Shown here: piece by piece, positions 18,267-27,663 of the stretch
Position numbering within the stretch: the first letter of the stretch is position 1
How the letters are laid out: each line of letters starts with the position of its first letter
Assembly (NCBI GenBank): GCA_015061915.1
Contig: SUVR01000005.1
Location: 101,596 to 165,595, forward strand
Reading direction: 5' to 3'
Length of the DNA: 64,000 nucleotides
Source: Lentisphaerota bacterium
GTDB lineage: Bacteria; Verrucomicrobiota; Lentisphaeria; Victivallales; UBA1829
Translations under genes and position numbers: made by a program
Notes under the pieces: generated by a model
What the model saw: only the letters and a program-made list of their open reading frames with translations
Database searches by the model: none
What the model was told of the DNA's origin: nothing

Positions 18267-19385
18267 TCAGGTAATGATTTCTTGAAACAACTCCATCGCT
18301 GCAAGGATCGTATCGTCCATATCAAAGTAACGGTACATCCCAAGCCTTCCCCCAAATATAACACGCTTTTCCTGTTTTGCAAGCTCTTTGTATTTATTAT
18401 ATAGAGAAATGTTGAAAAAATTATTGACCGGATAATATGGCTCATCACCGCGTTTCCAGTCTGCCGGATATTCCTTTGTGATGTAGGTGCAAGCCGATTC
18501 AAATGCAGCCTTGTTTTCCGGCTCAAACAGTTTATGTTCGATGCTTCTGGTATAGGGAACTTCGGCTGCGGTATAGTTGATCACCGCCACCCCCTGGGCA
18601 TTTTGGAGAGGCAGTCTCTCCGTTTCAAAGCGCAGACTCCGGTACTCCAGTTCGCCGTAACAATAATCATAAAAACGGTCGATCGTGCCGGTATAAATTA
18701 CCTTATCTGCAAGGGCATCCAGTTCGGCGCGGTTCTGCAGGTAGTCGCAGTTCAGCCGGACTTCCGTGCCTTCCAGCATCCGTTCGACCAGCTTTGTGTA
18801 GCCGCCGAGGGGGATCCCCTGATAGCGGTCGTTGAAGTAATTGTTATCATAAATAAACCGCAGGGGCAGACGCTTGATGATGTCTGCCGAAAGCTCCGTG
18901 CAGGACCGCCCCCACTGTTTTTCGGTGTATCCCTTGATCAGCAGTTCATAAATGTCCCGTCCCACCAGAGAGATCGCCTGTTCTTCCAGATTTGCGGGTG
19001 CCTTCCCCGACATTTCCGCAGCCTGTTCTGCGATCCGTTTCTGCGCCTGTTCCGGTGTGAGAACATCCTCCCAGATCTGGTGAAATGTGTTCATATTGAA
19101 CGGAAGATTGTACAGTTTTCCGTTAATATACGCCACCGGAGAATTGGTATAGCGGTTGAACTCGGCAAAACGGTTCACAAAATCCCAACAGACTTTGGAA
19201 TCGGTGTGGAAGATGTGAGCGCCGTACTTGTGAAGCTGAATACCCTCCACCTCTTCCGTATAGATGTTCCCCGCAAGGTGATTGCGTTTTTCCACCACGA
19301 GGCAGCGCTTCCCCGCTTCCCGTGCCAACACCGCAAGCGTAGCAGAAAACAGCCCCGCACCAACGAGTAAGTAATCATATTTCAT
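18267..19385 (-). CDS. glf: UDP-galactopyranose mutase
   Basis: MKYDYLLVGAGLFSATLA...VVEKRNHLAGN...GAHIFHT... with a typical length of 372 aa. Confidence 0.95.
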   Translation of the reverse strand: MKYDYLLVGAGLFSATLAVLAREAGKRCLVVEKRNHLAGNIYTEEVEGIQLHKYGAHIFHTDSKVCWDFVNRFAEFNRYTNSPVAYINGKLYNLPFNMNTFHQIWEDVLTPEQAQKRIAEQAAEMSGKAPANLEEQAISLVGRDIYELLIKGYTEKQWGRSCTELSADIIKRLPLRFIYDNNYFNDRYQGIPLGGYTKLVERMLEGTEVRLNCDYLQNRAELDALADKVIYTGTIDRFYDYCYGELEYRSLRFETERLPLQNAQGVAVINYTAAEVPYTRSIEHKLFEPENKAAFESACTYITKEYPADWKRGDEPYYPVNNFFNISLYNKYKELAKQEKRVIFGGRLGMYRYFDMDDTILAAMELFQEIIT

Positions 19386-20382
19386 TGTTTTCTCTCTCTT
19401 TTTTATACTTGTTCAGGATGTACTGGAAATGTAGAGCGAGCAGACACAACCGGGACATACAGTAATAAGAAAGAAATGCTCCCCCTAAAATGATACGCTT
19501 GGCTACGGGAACACTTTTACATCCCAACATCTTTTTGTGATCTTTCCGCCAAAGATCATGGAACTTTCCGGCAGGCAATAAAGCATGTTTTACTGCCTTG
19601 AACAAAGTTGAGGCTTTGAAGTAAAGCAAATCATTCTGTAAATGTTCCGGCAGACAATTTTCCAAAATTCCGACCAAAGAACAACAACCATTGAAATATT
19701 CGATCTTATAACTTTTCGGATCTGTATAAGAACTTATTCTATCTCTGCGATAGTTGTAACTGGTGTCATTACATTGCGCAATACGCTTGCAGCGCAACAG
19801 CATTTGTGCCGTACGGAGATAATCCTCTGAAAGGCATATATCATCCGGTATCTGCATTGTCGGATCCAAGGCAATATCCCGCTTGAATAACTTGTTACAC
19901 AAAGAACAATGTATTTTCCCCTGCAGGAGGTCCTTTAAGAATAATTCACATGATTTGAAGGTAGAAATTTTTGTAAAAGAGGTATGCCCGTTTGCAAAAA
20001 ATTCACGAAAATTGCAGTAGACTACATCGGCTTCTTCTTCAACAGCCTTCAGATACATCTTTTCGTAAAAATCTTTGTCCACCCAGTCATCGGAATCGCA
20101 ATGGATAATGTAGTCACCGCAAGCAGCAGCAAGTGCCGTTTTCCTTGCAGCAACCAATCCCCGGTTTTGATCATGATGCAGAATTTTTACCAGCTCTATC
20201 CTGTGCGGATATTCTTCCAGAACCTGCCTGAGGATCTCTATACTTCTGTCCGGCGTGCAGTCATTTACAAAAACAAATTCGATCCCTTCCTGCATAGTTT
20301 GTTCAAACAAACTCCGAGCGCATTTTTCAATAAAGTTTTCCACTTTGTATACAGGAATACAAACAGAGACTTTTACATCCAT
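19375..20382 (-). CDS. Family 2 glycosyltransferase
   Basis: VSVCIPVYKVENFIEKCARSLFEQT...FVFVNDCTPDRS...CDSDDW. Its 3' end overlaps the glf start by 11 nt. Confidence 0.85.
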   Translation of the reverse strand: MDVKVSVCIPVYKVENFIEKCARSLFEQTMQEGIEFVFVNDCTPDRSIEILRQVLEEYPHRIELVKILHHDQNRGLVAARKTALAAACGDYIIHCDSDDWVDKDFYEKMYLKAVEEEADVVYCNFREFFANGHTSFTKISTFKSCELFLKDLLQGKIHCSLCNKLFKRDIALDPTMQIPDDICLSEDYLRTAQMLLRCKRIAQCNDTSYNYRRDRISSYTDPKSYKIEYFNGCCSLVGILENCLPEHLQNDLLYFKASTLFKAVKHALLPAGKFHDLWRKDHKKMLGCKSVPVAKRIILGGAFLSYYCMSRLCLLALHFQYILNKYKKERENNEI

Positions 20383-20591
20383 ACGATTCCCTCATCTACA
20401 TCTGAAGTGAAATGTTTTCTGTTCGTCAACCGTTTTTTATAAACTTTCATTACTTTGTGTTCCATATGCAAAATGTATGATTGAAACTGCCAATATGTAT
20501 GCTGTTCCTTGTGGGGTAATTTATCGCAACTTGAAGAAAGTGCAAACGAAAAGCCGAAAAAAAACAGTTTTTTTGGCGTATGGATTTAAAA

Positions 20592-21947
20592 TCAGAGGTT
20601 TTGCTGCTCATCCGGAGAGTGTAAACTCCGAAGCGCCTTTTTTCTCTGTATATGCAAGTGCAGACAGAACAGCAGAATCAGGCAAACTACCATGAAACCG
20701 AATTTTCCAACAAAAGTCCACCCCATTACAGAAAGAATCAGTATATAAAAATAGAACGCTGCCAAAAGTGTGCTGGCAGGCGAGCGTATTTTTCCTTTCA
20801 TGAACGCAACGGAAAAAAGAATCGAAATCAGAAACATCAGCAGTAATACCCCGCCGGGAGAAAAATCCAATAAAAAAATGCCGGCAATCGTTTTGAATTC
20901 TCCGGAATAAGCACCGGATATGCCCCTGTAAATATTGTCAATTTCCGGAGAATTCCCCAAACGCTGATCTCCCCCCCAATAAAAATTTTCAAAGTAGAGC
21001 TGCTTTTCAGTATAAGTATCGGTGTCCAGAATTTTATCGTAAATATAATAATGCAAGCCACAGATCAGATAACCATTTCCTGCTTTTACTCCACCTTCCG
21101 TCCGGGCGGCATAGTCAACATTAAAACTGTATGGCCCCGTGGCAAAATAGGATACCATGGAATAGATTATATTATCTTTGAAGCGCGCGATTGAAATCGC
21201 CATAAAGGGAATGGACATGATAACGAAGAAAAGTAGAAAAAAACGTTTTATTGTACGTTTCCTCTCTTCAGGGATAATCGCAAGAAAAAGAATAACGCAT
21301 ACAGCACAGAAAATCATGTTGTGAAAGATAACAAAACGGGTAACTGTTTTTAATGAGTCGATGGCGGTTGCCAGTGCCCCGAAAAACAGCAGTAATATGA
21401 CCCAGAACTTCTGTTTTTTTAAGGCAAAACAGTAAATTGCCATAAAAAACGCACAGTACCCGAAAGTGGCACCGCAACGGGTAATAAAACTTTCAATTGA
21501 GGAAAAATTATTTCCAAATTCCAAACTGTCTCGGAATGCTCCCCGCCCAAGATTGCTTGACAGATAAAAAAGCAGTGGAGGAATGCTCCTGTACAAATAA
21601 AAGAGACTTGCCGGGACGGTTAAAATACATAGCGTATATGTGGTGAAACGGACCACGTTATCCGGCAGGTCAACAAACTTCAAATCGTTGTCCTTTTTCC
21701 CATCTTTGAAAAATAATGCCGGCAGACAGAGCAGAATAAAGCAAATCGAAAGAAAGATCATGGCGTCCAAACGAACATATGGCGTTCCGGTACGCGGCTT
21801 CAGTACCATAAAAATGGCACTGAACAAAGCTGTGCAAACATACAGCAACGAAAGAGATGAGAGACAACACAGCTTTCTTTTTATTCCAAGGTTCAGAATG
21901 AAAAGAAAAAAGATACAAAAAAATGGAATTGCCTGTATTAATTGCAT
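20592..21947 (-). CDS. Wzy-like oligosaccharide repeat-unit polymerase (polytopic membrane protein)
   Basis: About 450 aa, 10 or more TM, AT-rich, located between GT and flippase genes. Start at 21947 (MQLIQAIPFF) preferred over the track start at 22010. Function assigned mainly from context. Confidence 0.5.
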   Translation of the reverse strand: MQLIQAIPFFCIFFLFILNLGIKRKLCCLSSLSLLYVCTALFSAIFMVLKPRTGTPYVRLDAMIFLSICFILLCLPALFFKDGKKDNDLKFVDLPDNVVRFTTYTLCILTVPASLFYLYRSIPPLLFYLSSNLGRGAFRDSLEFGNNFSSIESFITRCGATFGYCAFFMAIYCFALKKQKFWVILLLFFGALATAIDSLKTVTRFVIFHNMIFCAVCVILFLAIIPEERKRTIKRFFLLFFVIMSIPFMAISIARFKDNIIYSMVSYFATGPYSFNVDYAARTEGGVKAGNGYLICGLHYYIYDKILDTDTYTEKQLYFENFYWGGDQRLGNSPEIDNIYRGISGAYSGEFKTIAGIFLLDFSPGGVLLLMFLISILFSVAFMKGKIRSPASTLLAAFYFYILILSVMGWTFVGKFGFMVVCLILLFCLHLHIQRKKALRSLHSPDEQQNL

Positions 21948-22933
21948 CCGAACGGTATCCCCAGTTTGCCATATTTTTCTTCTAATGCAGGAGAAAACTT
22001 GCTGCCACACCAGATAATCTCAGCTCCACTGCGTTTTAGTATGAATACACTCGTAGAACTGACCGTTACAGCTTTTTTGATCCGGATACAATTCAGTGCC
22101 ATCAACTCCAAAGGAACTTTTTTTCGGTACACCGTGAACCCCGGGAAATTACTTTCATAATCAGTCGTTTCCCTGGGATGTGTCTTGATCAGCGTCATTT
22201 GGGGGGATAACTGATGCGCCTCAATGATTGCGTGATAACATGCAAGTTTTTCCTGTTCTGTAATCATGTAATCTTCAGAAAAGCATTGAGTCAAAAGAAT
22301 ATTTTCACATCGGTCGAAAATTGCAAGATCTTCTTTGGAGATATCAAACAAATCCAAAATAAATTGCTTTTTTTGTGCAGAAGATTCGCTCCATAATTTT
22401 TGAAGATCAAATTTACAATATGGTTTCCGGCACAAATAGGAATCCGGCGCTGGATCCCGACTTAACAAGCGATAACGGCAGTTTTTAGATCTGCCCCATT
22501 GCTTTTCGAGTGGAAAGCCGAATAGCCGGGCTGTCGCTATTGTGCTGTTCGGCGGTGAATATGTTCCGAAGCCATCTTCCAACTGTATATATTGATATCC
22601 CCGGAGATAAGGGAAAAAAAGTGACGCATGATCCAACGCATAAATCTCTGCATGTTTGAGAAATGGATAAGTGATTTTATTGGTGCATTGGCGAAATAAT
22701 TTCAGCAAATTGTGAAACGGCCGCAGCAAAAACGGCGCCTTGTGAGGGTAACAGACATATTTGTTGGGAAGCCTGTCCAATAAATGGGGACTGAAATCTG
22801 TTGACAAAAAGAAAAATGTTTGTTGGAGTTCCTCCTCACTGCTGATCAGTAAATATTGTAATAATGTATAAACCGTATGTGCCATACACACCCGTTTGAC
22901 ATCTTTTGATTTGATCTTTTCCAACTTAAACAT
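21938..22933 (-). CDS. Putative sialyl/nonulosonate transferase (GT52-like)
   Basis: 331 aa. Contains the two short motifs shared by bacterial sialyltransferases: D/E-D/E-G (QLEDGFG) and H-P (LIKTHPRE). Sits beside neuA and neuB. Confidence 0.5.
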   Translation of the reverse strand: MFKLEKIKSKDVKRVCMAHTVYTLLQYLLISSEEELQQTFFFLSTDFSPHLLDRLPNKYVCYPHKAPFLLRPFHNLLKLFRQCTNKITYPFLKHAEIYALDHASLFFPYLRGYQYIQLEDGFGTYSPPNSTIATARLFGFPLEKQWGRSKNCRYRLLSRDPAPDSYLCRKPYCKFDLQKLWSESSAQKKQFILDLFDISKEDLAIFDRCENILLTQCFSEDYMITEQEKLACYHAIIEAHQLSPQMTLIKTHPRETTDYESNFPGFTVYRKKVPLELMALNCIRIKKAVTVSSTSVFILKRSGAEIIWCGSKFSPALEEKYGKLGIPFGCN

Positions 22934-24383
22934 GAAGCACCTTATCGTTTTTTATCAGTTTCAATACATTTTTGCCAACCTCTTTGAGAGAGGAAAGATT
23001 GCAGCAGATATATGCTGCCAACGGCAGAAGCAGCCACAGAGGATGCTGGCGCAGAAGCACAAGAATCAGCGTGGCACACCAGAGCAAAGTTTGCAGGACA
23101 GGCAGGTTGACCCGGAAGAAGGAGGCAGGTTTCCGGTCACCGAGCAGATGCTGCGCGCACAGATTGACTGCGAACGAATAAATAATGTAGGTGATCAAAG
23201 TGCCGAGAATCGCAAATTCAAAAGAAAGTTTCAGCACAGCGATGATGAAGTACACCGCAAGAATATTCAGAAGCAGTCCGCCCCCCACCAGCAGTGCCAG
23301 CAATTTTTCACGGTTCTGTGCTATCAAATACATATTGTAGCCGAAACAGGTGGAGTAAGAGACCAGCGTAAACATAATCAGCAGAAATGGCAGATAACTC
23401 CGGCTGTACTGCGGAAGCAGGTAAAAGAATACGATACTGCCGGCAACGACCATATAAAACAAAAGATACAGCGGTGTCAGGTAATTTTTACGCATCATCA
23501 GGATCGCTTCCTGAATTGCCGGTTTGTCGTCTCCTTTCAATAGATCGATCATCTTTGGCATTGCCAGGAACAACAGACTTTCCAAAAGCAGATTTACGCC
23601 GTTCGCAAGAGCAAACGCAAATGAAAAATAACCGAATTCTTCTACCGGATAACAGGAACTGATCATAGTCTTTGTCGAGAGAATAATCAGAAGAAAACCG
23701 GCGTTATAGAGAAACAGAAAGAAACCTTTTCCGAAAAGTTCCCGGCAGGTAATGGCAGAGAAATGACCTTTGAAACATTCTTTTCTGCTGCGGTAAACAA
23801 AGATCGCCAGCGCAAGCAGAGAGGCAGAAACATAGCCGGATACAAGCAGAAAAAGCAGCGTTTTTTCCGTTGCTGAAAAAATCAGGCAGAACATCAATAC
23901 CGGCCATAAGGTCTGCTGGATCATAACTTCGATCAGCTTGTTGCGAAACCGGAAAATGTTGATGAACAGGTTGGCAAAATATTGCAGGATCACCAGCAGA
24001 CAGACCGCATAGACCATATTGTTCAAATGGTACTTTTCAAAAAGCGGGATCCCGAAGAACCGGTCATACGCCGTTACAGCCACCGGTAAAACTGCAGTGA
24101 AAAGCACAAGGCACAGCGAATTGAAAATATAATTCAGACACTTTTGCTCATCTTCCTTGTGTTGGACACACAGCACCGTAACAGCCGATCCGATCCCCCA
24201 GTTGAACTGGCTGCCGATCGTCGTCAGGAGGATAATAAAACTCCAGATCCCGAAGTAATAGGCACCCAACTTGACCGCAATAAAAATCGTCGTCAGAAAC
24301 TGAAGCCCCATGACTCCATATCTGCTGGCAAGATACCAGAAGATCTTGTTCTTTAATGCTGATTTAAGGACATTCAACATCAT
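22926..24383 (-). CDS. wzx: Wzx-type oligosaccharide flippase (MOP superfamily)
   Basis: 485 aa, about 12-14 TM. N-terminus LKNKIFWYLASRYGVMGLQFLTTIFIAVKLG is typical of the polysaccharide biosynthesis protein family. Confidence 0.8.
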   Translation of the reverse strand: MMLNVLKSALKNKIFWYLASRYGVMGLQFLTTIFIAVKLGAYYFGIWSFIILLTTIGSQFNWGIGSAVTVLCVQHKEDEQKCLNYIFNSLCLVLFTAVLPVAVTAYDRFFGIPLFEKYHLNNMVYAVCLLVILQYFANLFINIFRFRNKLIEVMIQQTLWPVLMFCLIFSATEKTLLFLLVSGYVSASLLALAIFVYRSRKECFKGHFSAITCRELFGKGFFLFLYNAGFLLIILSTKTMISSCYPVEEFGYFSFAFALANGVNLLLESLLFLAMPKMIDLLKGDDKPAIQEAILMMRKNYLTPLYLLFYMVVAGSIVFFYLLPQYSRSYLPFLLIMFTLVSYSTCFGYNMYLIAQNREKLLALLVGGGLLLNILAVYFIIAVLKLSFEFAILGTLITYIIYSFAVNLCAQHLLGDRKPASFFRVNLPVLQTLLWCATLILVLLRQHPLWLLLPLAAYICCNLSSLKEVGKNVLKLIKNDKVLHV

Positions 24384-24389
24384 CGAATG

Positions 24390-25097
24390 TTACCTTTGGG
24401 TGCTTTTCTGCAGGTAGTCCGCCACAATGTCTGCCAGAATGATGTCTTCTTCGTTGTCAATATCGACTGCATTCTGCCAGGGTATATCGAAAAATTTATG
24501 GTTCTTCCCGTAAAAACTGCGGTCTCGTTTCAATGATTCCGCATTTGCCAGCCAAATCGCTCCAGTGGGGCAATGCAGTTCCGGTAAATCCTGAGATCGA
24601 ATAAATGTGTTCTCAAACAGACGTTTTCCCGTACCATCTGACTGCAGTGTCAATGCCCACCATGGATTCATAAAACCAAACTTGAAACAGGAAAGAGAAA
24701 ATTCATTAGCGTTTCTTATATGAAATTCCCATATGTCCAAAATGTTTCGGGGCGTTCGCAAAGGGCAGTTGGCCATCAGTTGGCAGACATTCTGAAACTT
24801 TTCCCCGTAATATTCTTCTGCCTGCAGCAAGGCGGCAAGAGTAGCTTCACTGACCGGTGTCATATCATCCGCGCAACTGACTCGGAGAAAGGGCACTTCC
24901 GCTCCTGCTGAAACAGCCACTTCAGCGATTTGCTCTGAATCTGTGCTTACAAGAACATGGGAGAACAGATCTGTTCGTATGGCGGCCTCAATCGTGTGCG
25001 CAATCATCGGACGACCACGGAACATCCGGATGTTTTTTCCGGGAATCCGTTTCGAGCCGCCACGAGCGGGAATAATAGCAATTTGTTTCAAAGACAT
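24390..25097 (-). CDS. neuA: Acylneuraminate (nonulosonate) cytidylyltransferase
   Basis: From M at 25097: MSLKQIAIIPARGGSKRIPGKNIRMFRGRPMIAHTI is the CMP-NeuAc synthetase signature. The track start at 25160 would overlap neuB. Confidence 0.85.
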   Translation of the reverse strand: MSLKQIAIIPARGGSKRIPGKNIRMFRGRPMIAHTIEAAIRTDLFSHVLVSTDSEQIAEVAVSAGAEVPFLRVSCADDMTPVSEATLAALLQAEEYYGEKFQNVCQLMANCPLRTPRNILDIWEFHIRNANEFSLSCFKFGFMNPWWALTLQSDGTGKRLFENTFIRSQDLPELHCPTGAIWLANAESLKRDRSFYGKNHKFFDIPWQNAVDIDNEEDIILADIVADYLQKSTQR

Positions 25098-25113
25098 GAA
25101 ATCCCGCCCTGCC

Positions 25114-26175
25114 TTACTTAATATCTTCCCAGCGGAGGACATCATCTTCCAGCACATCACGGGTTACCGTTCTGCCATAAAGATTGGTGATTTCGTTCGG
25201 CGGGATACCCAGACCCGGACGCTTTGCAGTCAGGTCCTCCGGCGTGATCACAGAACCTTTGGCGATCGGGCGGGTCGCAACCACACTGCGGCGGAATTTC
25301 AGCTTTTTCGCTTCTTCGTCCGCAGAAACCGTCCGGACATAAGAGCCCATGGATTTTGCAATGATCTTGGTTTCTTCCGCAAGCATTTTCATTTCCGGCG
25401 GATCGGCGGAGATCATGTGGTCCCAGCCGGGCAGATCTTTGTCGATCGTAAAGTGTTTTTCGATTACACAGGCACCCAGAGCAACAGAAGCAATGGGAAT
25501 CGTGAACCCCATAGAGTGATCGGAGAAACCAACCGGATAACCGAATGTCTGCTGAAGCATCGTGATGTTCAGCAGGTTGATATCTTCATGTTTCGGCGGA
25601 TAGATCGCAATGCAGTGCAGGAGAACAATGTTTTTGTTGCCTTCCGCTTCAATCGTTTTGACTGCCGTTTCAATTTCGGTCAGGGTACTCATCCCGGTGG
25701 AGAGAAGGACCGGTTTACCGGTGCGTGCAATATGACGCAGCAACAGCAGGTTGTTGATATCCATAGAGGCGACTTTGTGGAACGGGACCCCCAGATCTTC
25801 CAGAAGATCCACTTCATGGTTTGCGAAGGGGCTGGAACAGAAATCGATCTCATTTTCGTCGCAAAATTCTTTCAGTTCATAATGCTGCTCCGGACGGAGA
25901 TAATAGCGTTCACACATCTCGCGGAGAGAGCCGAAATGTTTTTTCGGATTATCCGTGTATTTCGTATTCCGTTCGTATTCTTCCCGGGCGATCAGGGTGG
26001 CGGGAGACCAGGACTGAAATTTAACCGCATCCACTCCGCACGCTTTCGCAGAAAGGATCATTTCCTTGGCAAGGACCATATCGCCATTGTGATTTGAACC
26101 GATTTCAGCAATAATATACGGCTCACAAAAATTACTCAGAACTTTCTTCGGAGTCAGTTGTACTTTATCTGTCAT
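25114..26175 (-). CDS. neuB: N-acetylneuraminate (nonulosonate) synthase with C-terminal SAF domain
   Basis: YIIAEIGSNHNGDMVLAKEMI..AKACGVDAVKFQ, ..GFSDHS.., and a C-terminal SAF-like RRSVVATRPIAKGSVITPEDL. Confidence 0.9.
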   Translation of the reverse strand: MTDKVQLTPKKVLSNFCEPYIIAEIGSNHNGDMVLAKEMILSAKACGVDAVKFQSWSPATLIAREEYERNTKYTDNPKKHFGSLREMCERYYLRPEQHYELKEFCDENEIDFCSSPFANHEVDLLEDLGVPFHKVASMDINNLLLLRHIARTGKPVLLSTGMSTLTEIETAVKTIEAEGNKNIVLLHCIAIYPPKHEDINLLNITMLQQTFGYPVGFSDHSMGFTIPIASVALGACVIEKHFTIDKDLPGWDHMISADPPEMKMLAEETKIIAKSMGSYVRTVSADEEAKKLKFRRSVVATRPIAKGSVITPEDLTAKRPGLGIPPNEITNLYGRTVTRDVLEDDVLRWEDIK

Positions 26176-26250
26176 TCGTGTTTCTCCTGCGCTGCAACCG
26201 CTTTGGTTATGTTTGTGTTCTCTTGCAGGGAGATGCAGAACCCTGTGGCA

Positions 26251-26277
26251 TAATATACTGCATTAGATAGTATATTA
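26251..26277. promoter_or_regulatory. Operator-like palindrome upstream of neuB
   Basis: TAATATACT-N9-AGTATATTA, a perfect 9-bp inverted repeat, lies 76-102 nt upstream of the neuB start in the only sizeable gap (167 bp) at this end of the glycan locus. Confidence 0.25.
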
Positions 26278-26342
26278 CAAGCAATCTGCACGCCTTTTTT
26301 TGTCTTTTTGTTCGGGATACAGCGTGCCGCAAAAGTATTTTT

Positions 26343-27161
26343 TTACCACCGTGCTGCAAAATACTCCGCACAGATCTTCGTGAACTTGTTGGGGAAGTCC
26401 ACCGCAAAGGACCGGACACCCAGATCCAGCACCGCTGTAAGATCCTGCTTTTCAAACTGCCACGGCAGGGTCTGAAGCAGAACACCGGCGTTTTCCGTTA
26501 TGCGCAGAGCTTCCCGGACAAAGTCCGGCGTCAACTGGTAACGCCAGGAGGATCCGTCCCAATCCGCCAGCTGGTTCAGGTGCAGCTGTACTTCGGTGAT
26601 CCCTTCAAAGTTTTCCTGTTCCAGCGTACGGAACTTTTCCATGATCGCCTCCGCCGTGCCGCCCAGCCAGTTTTTGGTCCGGATCTCCGGAACCAGACTT
26701 TTCATCTGCCGGAGCAGGGCGCGGTCATTGCTGGCGAAAGTGATCTGGCTGCCGACACCGTACTCTCTGATCAAGTCTGCAAGCAGTTCCAGCCGGACCC
26801 GTTTGTAGTCAATGATCATATTCCGTTCCGGATATTCTTTCAGACGGGAGAAAAGTTCTGCCATTGTGGGGACACACTGACCGGGATATTCATCCCAGCC
26901 CACATCGCACGCCTTGATCTGATCATAGGTCAGCTCGTTGACCGGTTTCCCCTTGACTTCTTCCGGCAGATCACGCCCGATCCGGTCCAGTGTTGGATCG
27001 TGGATGGAGATGATCACGCCGTCCGCCGTCATATTCACATCAGCTTCGGGTCGACCGCCCAGCAGCCAGCCGTATTCAAAAGAGAGCCGGCAGCTTTCCG
27101 GCATTTCAAAACCGCCGCCACCGCCGCGATGTGCTTCCCAGAGAATGATCCCGTCTTTCAT
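26343..27161 (-). CDS. Glycerophosphodiester phosphodiesterase family protein
   Basis: 272 aa. ..WEAHRGG..ESCRLSFEYGW..ADVNMTADGVIISIHDPTLDR.. matches the GDPD catalytic N-terminal pattern. Confidence 0.75.
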   Translation of the reverse strand: MKDGIILWEAHRGGGGGFEMPESCRLSFEYGWLLGGRPEADVNMTADGVIISIHDPTLDRIGRDLPEEVKGKPVNELTYDQIKACDVGWDEYPGQCVPTMAELFSRLKEYPERNMIIDYKRVRLELLADLIREYGVGSQITFASNDRALLRQMKSLVPEIRTKNWLGGTAEAIMEKFRTLEQENFEGITEVQLHLNQLADWDGSSWRYQLTPDFVREALRITENAGVLLQTLPWQFEKQDLTAVLDLGVRSFAVDFPNKFTKICAEYFAARW

Positions 27162-27643
27162 CAGTCGTGTCTTTCTCCGCCTTCAGTGATTTCTTCGTTC
27201 AGTGCCAGTTCTTCATCGTCCCGTTTCAGCTGGAACTTGCCTTTGATCTTTTCCTGGATCTCCGCACGCTGCGTGTCGGATTCGTACTGCAGCTGACGCC
27301 AGTTCCAGTGGAATCCATCATCCGTCCAGCGGGGAACGATATGCAAGTGTGCGTGCATGACCACCTGACCGGCAACGGTACCATCGGAAAGATGCAGGTT
27401 GAAGCCATCGGCATCCAGACCGCGACGCATAGCGACCCCGATCCGGGAACCGACAAGGAACATTCTGCCGGCAGTATTTTCGGGAATGGTGGCAACGCTG
27501 GTATGGTGTTCTTTCGGGATCACAAGCACGTGTCCGTAGTTGATGGGGGCAATGTCCATAAACGCCAGGACGAGTTCATCCTCATAGATCTTCAGGCTGG
27601 GGATCTCTCCGGCGATGATTTTGCAGAAAATGCAGTTCTTCAT
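27161..27643 (-). CDS. HIT family hydrolase
   Basis: MKNCIFCKIIAGEIP...GHVLVIPKEH...HAHLHIVPR contains the histidine triad. Followed by a ~45-aa charged C-terminal tail. Confidence 0.9.
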   Translation of the reverse strand: MKNCIFCKIIAGEIPSLKIYEDELVLAFMDIAPINYGHVLVIPKEHHTSVATIPENTAGRMFLVGSRIGVAMRRGLDADGFNLHLSDGTVAGQVVMHAHLHIVPRWTDDGFHWNWRQLQYESDTQRAEIQEKIKGKFQLKRDDEELALNEEITEGGERHD

Positions 27644-27663
27644 GTTCGTTTCCTTTCCTTCGG

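Noticed and set aside
23061-23078. TGGCACACCAGAGCAAAG, another -24-like TGGCAC
   Set aside because: The -12 element is AGCA rather than TTGC, and the site is antisense within wzx.
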